A DNA stretch of 64,000 nucleotides from Lingula anatina (Eukaryota > Animalia > Brachiopoda), in contig CM120641.1 of assembly GCA_051362555.1 (NCBI GenBank), forward strand, positions 13,082,001-13,146,000, given 5' to 3'. The position numbers and the translations under genes were made by a program. Below are positions 13,947-28,000 of this stretch, in pieces. A model generated the notes under the pieces. That model searched no databases. It saw only the letters and a list, made by a program, of their open reading frames with translations, and was not told the origin of the DNA. Within the stretch, counting starts at the first letter, position 1; each line of letters begins with the position of its first letter.

Positions 13947-16900
13947 ATGGCTTCAGTAAGAGTCGCTGTTCGGGTCCGCCCGATGAATAAAAGGTTTGTT
14001 TTAAAAGTCCCTTTTTATGGTAGATATGGCGATCGTTAGTACAGCTAATTTGTAACGTGTTAAAAGTACAGTCAGTAGTAATCTGATCATATATAGCTCG
14101 AGCCTTGCATTGCTGCAGACAACACCTGGATTTGCCCTAGTTTTCAAACCTCATGGGACTCTTCATAGATCTTTGTGTTTTAATAATTTTGGAAACTAAT
14201 AATGGTTGCATCAGCATTATAGTTTTATTACATCAAGATAACTGTTTTTATTTGACTGTATATCCTTTAGAAAAGCAAATGATTTTGTTTATGATAAATT
14301 ATAAGAACTGGTGACGAATGGGCGTTTAGATTGATGAGCAGTATTATTTTTCTCCGAACGTAACACTTAGAGGTTAAATCACAACCAGCTCAGTTTTTTT
14401 ATGTCTGGAATAGTCGGAGGCATTTATAATCACAAGGTGTTAATATGTTATCTCATTGATGATTGGACTAGAATTGTTTGAAATTCTGTCTAGGAATAAC
14501 AAATAATTATTAATTAATGAATAATTAACTAAGCATCATGTAACTAAGCATCATGTAACAAAGATATTTATATTTATAGGTATTCCTATTTTGAAACTGT
14601 AGTAAGTTTTTAGTATGGTATAAGTCATAAAGATTTAAATATTTAGCAACCAGTTGAACCTTTTTGATCATGTACAAATTGCAAGGTTGTTATTGTATAG
14701 CCCAGTGCATGAAATACATATTTGTGATTAAGTAAATATTGTATTCTGGCTTAAACAAGCATTATTCCACGATTTTCATTTGTGAAGTTTGACTACTAGC
14801 TGCAATAAAGGATTTATAATCAAAGCTGGTTCAGTTCTAAATATTTGTAAATAAAAAGATCTGTCATCCAGCTATGGAAAGGTACAAAGAGAAGCTAATT
14901 TAAATTATTTTTTGATTGATAGAATATACTTGTATAATTTTCATCAGTTGCTTACATCTTTTTAGTAGTATAAAGGAATATTGTTATTTTTTGTGTACCT
15001 TTGATTGATTTCATTGATATTCAGATAGTACATTTTCATTTTTAGGGAAATAGATTTGGAGTCTGAATTTATCATAAAAATGGAAGGAAAGAAAACAATC
15101 ATCAGCAACCCAAAGGTAATTAACAGCAGCAGTACACCTTTTTTTGCACTAGTTATCATTTTTCAGTTAGAGTTTTTTGCTGCTGTATGCAGTGATCAAT
15201 AAAATATGTCACATCACATAACATCCTCTCACAACATTTAAATCCATCATTATACGCTTTTATATCAGTGTATGGAGCCAATGTATAAGTTAAGCAAAAT
15301 CTTAATGTTTCATATCCACATAAATTTGAAATTTGTGTGTGTGCCTACATTAATTATTGTTTGCTAGCATACATGTGTGATACACAGATGCACACTATGC
15401 TGAAGTATACTTGCAAATTAAATTAAGTTAACCCTGGTTCTTCATTCCAGATTCCAGAGTTAAATGATAGAGGAGAGGGTGATCACAGCAGAGAGAGGGC
15501 GAAGGCATTCAGTTATGACTACTCCTATTGGTCTGTTGATAAAAAGGACAAACACTATGTATCACAGGAGCAGGTATGGATATAAATATACTGAGAGTCA
15601 ATGAAAATGCATCATTTATTTATCAAGTAATATTTTAAGTTCCTTTGACACATTAAGAAAATAACAGTTTTCATGTGAAATATGTGAAATATGAAATGGT
15701 GGTCAGCCCACTCTCTTATGACCATAGAAGTGCATTTGTACTCGTTTTTATGGTTGGAATCAATTCTCGGTAAAAAAGTACAAGAAAGTTTTCTGATGCG
15801 TTTTCATTGACTGTCAGTATATGTGGCATATTTGATGAGACATTTTTTGTGATCTTCTGATATAAAGCTTGTGTTCAGTTATGCCTATGTGCAAGTTGGA
15901 TTTTAGTCATTTCCTAGTCATGAACACATACATGGGGCTAGGAATGTTCCATTACAGCATGATGAATTGATTGCTTAAATATTTCTTGTGGACACGGAAT
16001 GCTACAATGTAGTCAACCTCCTTACATTGCATCTGTAGCATGGACCAGAGTAAATTATTGTGGCAGCCAGAATACATAATCAGAACATTTGTGTTATATT
16101 ACAAAAAAGATTAAATAAAAAAAAAACAAAAACAGTTTCAGTTTTATTTGAAAATTATTTATCAATTTGTGCAAAGTTCAGAAATGATGACAAAAAAGAG
16201 ACTGGGAATTTTAAAAAAATCTGCTATCATGATCCCAGGGTCCAAGTAATTTATTTCTAATTCTAACATGAATAATTTTTAAACCTGGATGAATGAATGA
16301 TCAAAGTACACACATGAGTAGTTATGTGATAAGTTGAAAGAAGTGATTGCATGTTGTCTAGGTTGTTGAAGTGCAGTACTAGGTTTATACACATATTGAA
16401 TATTGAAGGAAGGTGCAGCAGTATTATTACATATGTGATATCAGGTGGTTGTCTGTAAATGATAATGATACCTGCATGTTTGTGAGAATGAGGTGATTCT
16501 TCAGTCAGGTACCTGTATTGTCTGTACAATACTGCATACATATAGAATTGATAAGTGTCTTCAAGTATCCTAAGAGGCTATTATGAACAGAAATGTGAAC
16601 AATCCACCTATTGTCTGTGAGTGTCTATATGAATGTGTATGTATATGTGTGTGTATATGTGTATGTATATGTGTATGCTTAATTGCATGCATGCATGTGT
16701 GTAAATAGTGCATAGTGTCAACCTTGTGATTTGATTATCCAACATAATTTGAACATTAACAAAAGTTGTGTCATTCAAAATTCTATTTATGTATATGTAT
16801 CTTGATTTCAGGTAATGAAAGATTTGGGCAATGATGTGATCAGTTCAGCTTTTGAAGGGTACAATGCCTGTATCTTTGCTTATGGGCAAACAGGATCTGG

Positions 16901-17135
16901 CAAAAGCTACACTATGATGGGAAACCATGTAAGTGATTATCGTGGTGTTAATCAAGTAGTTAGACTGTATGCATTCTTAGACATCTGTATAATGTTATTC
17001 GTATGATCAATAATTAATTGGATGACTAATCAGGAGCCACTAAATAGGTTTGTGTGTTTTTTTCTGTTTGTTTTTATTATCTGACAGATTTAACACACAT
17101 ACACACCATGATGGTGCGCACGCATGCACGCGCGT

Positions 17136-17176
<41 letters not shown>

Positions 17177-18978
17177 CATTAAATTATTAATATATGGTAA
17201 ATTTATGAATGCATTCAGATTTATCTGTGCTCATATATTTTTATTCTGATTACAGGATGATGTTGGCCTAACTCCTAGAATTTGTGAGGTGAGTGCTTAA
17301 AGGTAGCAATAAAATTTTAATGTGAAATTAACATTAGAAAATGATATAAGAAAAATTTTTATAGATCCAACTTATGGATAAAGTATAAAGTAGTGACCAG
17401 TACCTTTTTTTTTTTTTTTTTTGACATGTGTCAAATAAGAATTCTTCATTTCTTTTATATTTGATGTAAACTATTTCTTTATATTAATGATATGCATATT
17501 TCATTCCTTCAGGCAGATCTGTCATTAATTTGGCCTTTTTTAAATCTGGTAAATGGATTATCCAAGACATGATCTTTGTAATTTTAGCCATGTGACTTTC
17601 TTTGTTCCGTTATCATTGTAAAACTGCTATTGTCTTGATAACCTGAGTGATCAACATCCAAATATTCAATAAAGTAATCTAACCAGTGTGAAGTGTTCAT
17701 TCAAGAGTCATCTGTAGGGCAGTTAACCTGTTCAAAGACATCACTTGGTTAACACACTGTGGAATAAGTTTCATTTCCTACCAGGATTTGTCTGTTTACT
17801 GTAAATTTTTTATATGTTTACTGTAAAGTTTACTGAAGTTAAATTTTCTAGTTTTGGTGACAGATTCACTAGTAGAAATAATGTTGATATGGATGTCTGC
17901 ATGTGATCATTTGGAAGATATAAGGATGTTTAAAAGTTGTAATTTTTGGTTCTTGAACGGTCCATGTCGATGTTTGTTTGTAGAAGTTTTATTGTGCACT
18001 CATTGTAGAAGTGATTATTAGAACATTTATGTTTATTCAATTCAGTGTAAGTGAGAGGCCCAGTAAGATTTTTGTTAGCTATAAAGATTCATTAAAAGTT
18101 TTATTCTTTTCAGGGCCTTTTTGAAAGAATGAACAAAAATAAAGATGAAGAAGGAATAACATATCGCACAGAAGTCAGGTAAAGAGAAACTGTAGTAAAA
18201 ATACTATCACTGATTTATATTTCATATGCAACTAAAATATGAAATAAATATATAGCAGGTTTTCAGCTTTGAACTATGTAAAATACTATGATTTCTTTCT
18301 TTATTTTGTAGCTACTTAGAAATATACAATGAAAAAGTCCGTGACTTGTTACGAAATCAGAAAGCAGGTCAGCCCACACATATGCTGCGTGTGAGGGAAC
18401 ACCCCAAGGATGGACCTTATGTACAAGGTGAATACTTCAGCACAATCACACCAGTTACATTCTCCTATAGCTGTTTATCTTATAGTCAAATAAATAAAAG
18501 GAGATTCAAATGTCTATTAGGCAACATTAGTTAATTTTCAAGTGTCTTGTGTATTTGTGAATGACTATGTTTAATTAAATTCATAAGGTTAAAACTTGTT
18601 GGACTAATCGCTTCTTGTATTTCTTATTGATGTCCACAGACCTGTCCTCACATGTTGTGATGAACTATGAGGACATTGAGGAAATGATGGCAAAGGGCAA
18701 TGCAGTGCGTACTACAGCTTCTACCTTGATGAATGACACAAGTAGTAGGTCACATGCAATATTCACAGTCAGATTTCTACAGGTAATAACATTAACAATA
18801 CTAAAAATATAGCCTTTAAAAGTGCTTGAAATTGCTATTATCCTTGAAAAGGGGTTGTATTCCATCCTTTTTGTTCTTGAAAAGTACTTGAATTTGATCT
18901 CTTAGTAATTTTTAAAGATTGTATCAAAATTTTCTCACCTGAACGTAGAAAATAATTTGCAGAAGGGAAGAATTCCCT

Positions 18979-19010
<32 letters not shown>

Positions 19011-22000
19011 TTGCATATAAGGATTAACTAATTACCCATTTAATCTAACATGTTTGGATTATAGGCCAAGTTTGACAAAAACATGCCCAGTGAGACGCAG
19101 AGTAAAATTCACTTGGTTGATTTAGCTGGAAGGTAATAAGATTAATAATTTTAACAAAATATACAATATACCTTAAAGGCATATAATAAATACATGTCTG
19201 TGTTTAATTTCACTCAAGAGACTGGCTTTAAATCCTAATGCTGATAATCTGTCCAATTAAAAAAATCTCTTTAATTAATTGTGTTTTAGTGAACGTGCTG
19301 ATGCCACAGGTGCTACTGGTCAAAGACTGAAAGAAGGTGCTAGCATTAACAAGTCTCTAGTGACACTAGGGAATGTAATATCAACTCTTGGTGAGTCATT
19401 AGTGATGAGAGAGGGAGATTCAGTTTCTGAGATGTCAGTGAATATTATATAATTGTTGACATTGCTGAGGTCTGCAGAAGTACATATTGCAAAATAAGCA
19501 AAAGCCAATCATTGTTTTTTTTAATATTTTAATACCTGAATGTCAATGTACTCAAAAATAACATCAGAAGTTCCAAAATTGTCGTTGTGTAGCATTGAAT
19601 GATAATATGTGTTCTTTTCTCTGTGAAAATATCAGCAGTTATATCATGGACTTATAATGCGTGTGGTGGTGATATCTGTTAATAGTTTTGAGTTTAATCA
19701 GACCTCATTCCAGGATATAAGATCATTTTCAATGCTAATTATGTATCAATTTTAGTTATTTACATTGTGGTATGTTATGCATTATTGTACGTTACATGTT
19801 TATATATATATTTCAGCTGATATGTCAGAAAAGGGTCCCAAGAGCCGCAATGTGTTTGTGCCATATCGAGATTCTGTATTAACGTGGTTACTAAAGGACA
19901 GCTTGGGAGGCAATGCAAAAACTGTTATGATAGCTAGTAAGTTGATGTACAAATTATTTGACAAAAATTTTGTAAGAAATTCCCTGCCATAACCATTTTT
20001 ATTTAACTTTATACCAACATAACATCTTATGAAATCATTTACAGTTATCCACCTGCATTTTTTTGATAGGCTTGTCATATTCCTCATACTAGAAAAAAAC
20101 TGGAATACTTGATTTTGTTAAGTAATTAACTTAATTTTTATTTCTTTATAAGCTATTTCCCCTTCAAGCGTCAACTATGGAGAGACCCTCAGTACTCTGA
20201 GATATGCCAACCGAGCAAAGAACATCATCAACAAGCCTACTGTTAATGAGGTTGGTAGAAAGAATTGAATGGTGTTGACTTCACTTTTTCTTTCAATGAA
20301 ACAAGCAAATTTTTTTTTAATATTTGCATTATATGCTGTTATTCTATGTTACATGCTCTCAGTAGTTTTATTTAACATTTTTTTGTTATTAAAATTTCAA
20401 TGTAATTTAAATAGTTAAGTTTTGATCTTAGAGTATCCACTGTAAAAACTCTCAAATGGACAATGTGGAAAATGTTTTGCTTAACATGTTTGGCCCCTTT
20501 ATTGTACCACCAGCGTTAGCGCTGGCGGTACACATGGTTTCGGTCCCGTCCGGATCGTTCCGCCGGCTCCGCCTGCTCCGCCAGCTCCGCCGGACGGCTA
20601 CCGTTACCGCTTCTCCTCCTAGGCGGTAAGGGCCCCCGTACCCATCTCATGGATTTAGGTCACCTATAATCTCAACTCGTTCCACGTAAAATTTGGGCTT
20701 TGTCGGTATTGGGGTCTGGGTGTGGCACTCATTACAATGCACCCTTGTCTAAAAATGGCAAAATTAAATGCTAATTATCTACCCTACGGAAGGAGTTATG
20801 GGAAAAATTTCTATAGACGGCTTTCCAAAAGTCATATGTGTAGATTTCAAATATACCCTTGGATTTGACCTTTGACCTTTACTTCAAGGTCAAATGGGCC
20901 AAAATTTTCAAAAAAATGAAATTTTTTACGAAAAAAAAAATTTTTTGCCCTGTTATTCAGACACTACACAGACTTAACCAATAATATTATTGGAAAGTGT
21001 TACCCTTCAGATCATCTTTCATCTCCATGAATTTGGGGTCAATCAGTGCATTTTCACGGGAGTAGCGGCCATAAGATACCGAAACTGAAAACTGTCTCTA
21101 ATTCTGGAACTGTTAATTCTAGAGACCCATTCTTTTTTGCATTTTGTAGAGCATGTAAAGCCCAATACTGGAAGTGGTCTCGTTTTTTTTGTATTCCATA
21201 CGGTTTTTGAGTTACGCTGTATCAAAAATTACATATTGGTGGTAAAAGCAAAATGTGCAGTACGGTAATGGATAATAAATTTTGAACTCTGGAAAAATAA
21301 AACATAAGGCTTGGCAAAGCAGACAACTTGTGTTCAAAAATGACATTATTTCATCAAATTTGAACTTCTGAAACTTCAGAGCACCTCCTATTTCAAGAAT
21401 TTTGACCAAAATGACATTTTCTCTATTTTAATTAATTTTTTCTGTACGAAATTTAAGGCACATTATGGTAACTCCAAAATTATAACATTTAGTCCCTTAT
21501 ATCTCCAAAACTGGCAGAGATAGGTCCATAGTTACTATTGAAGTTGAATAGGAAGTCATATACTGGCTATCTTACTGTGACCTTGAAATTGACCTTTGAC
21601 CTACTTTTCACCATGAACTGAACTTTGCAAATTTTGCTTCCCTTTTATCTCCAAAACTGGCAGAGATAGGTCCATAGTTACTATTGAACTTGAATAGGAA
21701 GTCATATACTGGCAATCTAAATGTGATCTTAAAATTGACCTTTGACCTACTTTTCACCATGAACTGAACTTTGCAAATTTTGCTTCCCTTTTATCTCCAA
21801 AACTGGCTGAGATAGGTCCATAGTTACTCTTGAACTTGAATAGAAAGTCATATACTGGCAATCTAAATGTGACCTTAAAATTGACCTTTGACCTACTTTA
21901 CACCATGAACTGAACTTTGCAAATTTTGCTATTCTTTTATCTCCAAAACTGGCTGAGATAGGTCCGTAGTTACTATTGAACTTGAATAGAAAGTCATATA

Positions 22001-24961
22001 CTGGCAATCTAAATGTGACCTTGAAATTGACCTTTGACCTACTTTTCACCATGAATTGAACTTTGCAAATTTTGCTTTCCTTTTATCTCCAAAACTGGCA
22101 GAGATAGGTCCGTAGTTACTATTGAACTTGAATAGGAAGTCATATACTGGCAATCTATATGTGACCTTAAAATTGACTTTTGACCTACTTTTCACCATGA
22201 ATTGAACTTTGCAAATTTTGCTTTCCTTTTATCTCCAAAACTGGCAGAGATAGGTCCATAGTTACTATTGAACTTGAATAGGAAGTCATATACTGGCAAT
22301 CTATATGTGACCTTAAAATTGACCTTTGACCTACTTTTCACCACGAATTGAACTTTACAAATTTTGCTTTCCTTTTATCTCCAAAACTGGCAGAGATAGG
22401 TCCGTAGTTACTATTGAACTTGAATAGGAAGTCATATACTGGCAATCTAAATGTGATCTTAAAATTGACCTTTGACCTACTTTTCACCATGAACTGAACT
22501 TTGCAAATTTTTCTTCCCTTTTATCTCCAAAACTGGCAGAGTTAGGTCCATAGTTACTATTGAACTTGAATAGGAAGTCATATACTGGCAATCTAAATGT
22601 GACCTTAAAATTGACCTTTGACCTACTTTACACCATGAACTGAATTTTGCAAATTTTGCTTTTCTTTTATCTCCAAAACTGGCTGAGATAGGTCCGTAGT
22701 TACTATTGAACTTGAATAGAAAGTTATATACTGGCAATCTAAATGTGACCTTAAAATTGACCTTTGACCTACTTTTCACCATGAACTGAACTTTGCAAAT
22801 TTTGCTTTCCTTTTGTCTCCAAAACTGGCAGAGATAGGTCCATAGTTACTCTTGAACTTGAATAGGAAGTCATATACTGGCAATTTACTGTGACCTTGAA
22901 ATTGACCCTTGACCTATCTTACGAAGAACTTAAATTTGATTGTACCATATATATTTTTTGCAAAAGTTTAAAAATTCTTGTTGATTGCATTTTAACAGCT
23001 TGTCAAGCACAAAACTGGTGGCTGTGTCCCTTATTTTGTGTATGTGGGGGTCTATACGAATGCGCTTGCTCCAGCTGGTGGTACAATATTCGGAGGCGGT
23101 ATCGCCTCTCTGATCCTCTAGTTATTATTATTTTTGTTGTTGTTGTTTTTGTTGTTGTTGTTGTTATTCAATTGAGGGTAGACATTGAATTGTTAGTTTT
23201 TAAAATCTAAGAGTATTTCTAGACTTCACTTTGATCACTTTCCCCAATAATTAATTGTTTATCGTCTGCTTGCAAATTGTACTTTTTCTGTTTGATTTTG
23301 TAGGATCCAAATGTGAGGCTTATCCGTGAACTGAGGGCTGAAATTGAAAGGCTGAAGGCATTGCTAGGAGGAAACATAGTGAGTCACATATGGCGTCTCT
23401 CCGTTGAATTCAATTATTTTATGTTTCTCTTTCCTCTTTTATCCAATATTAAGTACAAAAAGGGTTTTAAGGGTATTATAGCAAGCTTTTTGGTTTTCTT
23501 TTATTTTACTGTAAAAATTAATTATAAAATGTATTATATTGACTTATGTATATTGATGAAAATATTTATATTTTACAGACCACTGGTGAAGGGGTTTGTG
23601 ACATTTGTTTTTAGATCTCTCAAATGCTGTTTCATGTATGGAAATCAATTATACTTTCCCAGGGATGCTTTTGCTTTTAAAGTACCCATATATTCCTTTG
23701 TGAGATAGGCTTTATGTGATTTTATGGTACAAAACTATTACAACTAAATTTGGACTTATCTTTTAAACAAAAATACATTGATTTCCAACTAGATATTTGT
23801 TGAAGAATATTCATGAAAATGAATATTAGTTTTTGTAAATACAGAATAAAATTAAGAAATAAAATTTAATAATTTTTCATCTACAAATGTTAGGCAACTT
23901 ATCCTTTCTGTTGTTATCCAAGAAATAGAGTGGCAAACCAGCATTCAGTTATTGCATCCTTTCTATTAAATCCCTCATTCACATTACAATATCCAGAATA
24001 AAGAGTTGCGTCCCCTTGTTCCAATTTGTAATTTCCTAATTCATAATTTTCTTGAGAAATCAACTACACATTTGGGCTATTCTTGTGTTGTGGTGCCTAT
24101 AGCAACCTCAATTAACCGCATCCTAAGTTAATGTTACTCTTCCTTGTTGCTTAATTGCAATTTCGCATTCCAGGACAACATCACTGGGCCCAAAGTTCAA
24201 GAAAGACTACATGAGAGTGAAGCCAGAGTGAGTTTGACACAAAAAAATTAAGGCTTATATTAAAGCCTAGAAATTTGATTTATAGAAGTATTTGTTGTGT
24301 CAGCTTTTTAGTAAAAAATAAAACTTGTATGGAGAACACTACTCATATTCAATCTGATGCATAATTTTCAGATTTTGCTTGTATCACCTGTAACATTTTT
24401 TTAGGTGAAAGTGTTGACAGAAGAATGGACAGGAAAGTGGAAAGAAGCACAGAATATCTTGCAGGTAACTTGCCTTTTAATGTGTGTAATATTGAACCCA
24501 TCTAAATAACAATGACAGTAACCAAAACAAGTGTGAAGAGTGTTTAGAATAATGCGTGAGGAGAATTTTAAAGATTTTAAATTTGTATTAAATCATATAA
24601 AATGAACTTCAAGATGGTTTACTGTATAAGTAGAAGAACAGTTTGTTTGTAATACAATTTGGTATTGTATATATCTGTTGTTAAGTCGATGCCATTTTAA
24701 TTTGTCCAGCAAGACAATAATCTGGCCTTAAAAAAGGAAGGGATGGGGATTGTCTTGGATTCCCAGTTGCCTCACCTGATTGGAATCGATGATGATCTGC
24801 TCAGCACAGGCATCATGTTGTACCATTTGAAGGTAAGATGTCATAATCTGTCCTATAATTATTCACTGCTGACAATTGTGATGTTCACTTTTATTTTGAA
24901 TAGTGATATAAATTATTCTGGGGCAAATCTTGCCTCAGTTATATTCCAAATTTGAGTTAAA

Positions 24962-25009
<48 letters not shown>

Positions 25010-28000
25010 AATGATTTTAAACAAAAATCGTCATTATTTGGAATAGGCGTCAAAAGTTTTAGAAAATTGTTAAATTATTTCTGAATATAATATGCTGTAT
25101 ACATTAACAGGAGGGGAGGACATCAATAGGAAGAGCTGATGCAGAAGTACAGCCAGACATAGGTAAGGAAACAGAAATATGGAATTAATATCTGCACATT
25201 GACAATACTTCTTAAGGTAGTGGAATTTAAATGTAGATGCTTAGATGTTTATTGTGCTCCTTTTCTGTGATAGTATATAAAGTAATGATATCTTTAAGAG
25301 CAAAAACAATCTACATTGGATGATACAATGCACATACTTCAGTTACTTATATTATAAGATGTTAAAGAATATTTATGACAGAAGTAGCAGATTTTAAACT
25401 GGAAAAATCTATTATGAAGTGACTTTCCAGTTAAGTTTTATTTTTAGTTGTCATACTTTACAATTAAGTTTTCATTTTTCTTAGCGCTCTCTGGTCTGGA
25501 GGTGGAAAAGGAACACTGTTATATTGATAATGTGGATGGCATTGTCACTTTAAGTCCCATTGCTGATGCTATATGCACAGTGAATGGTGTCAGTATAGAG
25601 GAACCAACTAAACTTTATCAAGGTGAGTGTACTTTATCTTATTGTACCACCAGCGTTAGCGCTGGCGGTACACATGGTTTCGGTCTCGTCCGGATCGTTC
25701 CGCCGGCTCCGACGGACTGCTACCGTTACCGCTTCTCCTCCTAGACGGTAAGGCCCCCCATACCCATCTCATGGATTTAGGTCACCTATAATCTCAACTC
25801 GTTCCACGTAAAATTTGGGCTTTGTCGGTATTGGGGTCTGGGTGTGGCACTCATTGCAATGCACCCTTGTCTAAAAATGGCAAAATTAAATGCTAATTAT
25901 CTACCCTACGGAAGGAGTTATGGGAAAAATTTCTATAGACGGCTTTCCAAAAGTCATATGTGTAGATTTCAAATATACCCTTGGATTTGACCTTTGACCT
26001 TTACTTCAAGGTCAAATGGGCCAAAATTTTCAAAAAAATGAAATTTTTTACGAAAAAAAATTTTTTTGCCCTGTTATTCAGACACCACACAGACTTAACC
26101 AATAATATTATTGGAAAGTGTTACCCTTCAGGTCATCTTTCATCTCCATGAATTTGGGGTCAATCGGTGCATTTTCACAGGAGTAGCGGCCATAAGATAC
26201 CGAAACTGAAAACTGTCTCTAATTCGGGAACCGTTAATGCTAGAGACCCATTCTTTTTTGCATTTTGTAGAGCATGTAAAGCCCAACACTGGAGGTGGTC
26301 TCGGTTTTTTTGTATTCCATACGGTTTTCGAGTTACGCTGTATCAAAAAGTACATATTGGTGGTAAAAGCAAAATGTGCAGTACGGTAATGGATAATAAA
26401 TTTTGAACTCTGGAAAAATAAAACATTAGGCTTGGCAAAGCAGACAACTTGTGTTCAAAAATGACATTATTTCATCAAATTTGAACTTCTGAAACTTCAG
26501 AGCACCTCCTATTTCAAGAATTTTGACCAAAATGACATTTTCTTTATTTTAATTAATTTTTTCTGTACGAAATTTAAGGCACATTATGGTAACTCCAAAA
26601 TTATAACATTTAGTCCCTTATATCTCCAAAACTGGCAGAGATAGGTCTATAGTTACTATTGAAGTTGAATAGGAAGTCATATACTGGCAATCTATATGTG
26701 ACCTTAAAATTGACCTTTGACCTACTTTTCACCATGAACTGAACTTTGCAAATTTTTCTTCCCTTTTATCTCCAAAACTGGCAGAGATAGGTCCATAGTT
26801 ACTATTGAACTTGAATAGGAAGTCATATACTGGCATCCCTTTTATCTCCAAAACTGGCAGAGATAGGTCCATAGTTACTATTGAATTTGAATAGGAAGTC
26901 ATATACTGGCAATCTATATGTGACCTTAAAATTGACCTTTGACCTACTTTTCACCATGAACTGAACTTTGCACATTTTTCTTCCCTTTTATCTCCAAAAC
27001 TGGCAGAGATAGGTCCATAGTTACTATTGAACTTGAATAGGAAGTCATATACTGGCAATCTATATGTGACCTTAAAATTGACCTTTGACCTACTTTTCAC
27101 CATGAACTGAACTTTGCAAATTTTGCTTCCCTTTTATCTCCAAAACTGGCAGAGATAGGTCCATAGTTACTATTGAACTTGAATAGGAAGTCATATACTG
27201 GCAATTTAAATGTGACCTTAAAATTGACCTTTGACCTACTTTTCACCATGAACTGAACTTTGCATGTAAAGCCCAATACTGGAGGTGGTCTCGTTTTTTT
27301 TGTATTCCATACGGTTTTCGAGTTACGCTGTATCAAAAAGTACATATTGGTGGTAAAAGCAAAATGTGCAGTACGGTAATGGATAATAAATTTTGAACTC
27401 TGGAAAAATAAAACATAAGGCTTGGCAAAGCAGACAACTTGTGTTCAAAAATGACATTATTTCATCAAACTTGAACTTCTGAAACTTCAGAGCACCTCCT
27501 ATTTCAAGAATTTTGACCAAAATGACATTTTCTTTATTTTAATTAATTTTTTCTGTACGAAATTTAAGGCACATTATGGTAACTCCAAAATTATAACATT
27601 TAGTCCCTTATATCTCCAAAACTGGCAGAGATAGGTCCATAGTTACTATTGAACTTGAATAGGAAGTCATATACTGGCAATATAAATGTGACCTTAAAAT
27701 TGACCTTTGACCTACTTTTCACCATGAACTGAACTTTGCAAATTTTGCTTCCCTTTTATCTCCAAAACTGGCAGAGATAGGTCCATAGTTACTATTGAAG
27801 TTGAATAGGAAGTCATATACTGGCAATATAAATGTGACCTTAAAATTGACCTTTGACCTACTTTTCACCATGAACTGAACTTTGCAAATTTTGCTTCCCT
27901 TTTGTCTCCAAAACTGGCAGAGATAGGTCCATAGTTACTATTGAACTTGAATAGGAAGTCATATACTGGCAATCTTACTGTGACCTTGATATTGACCTTT

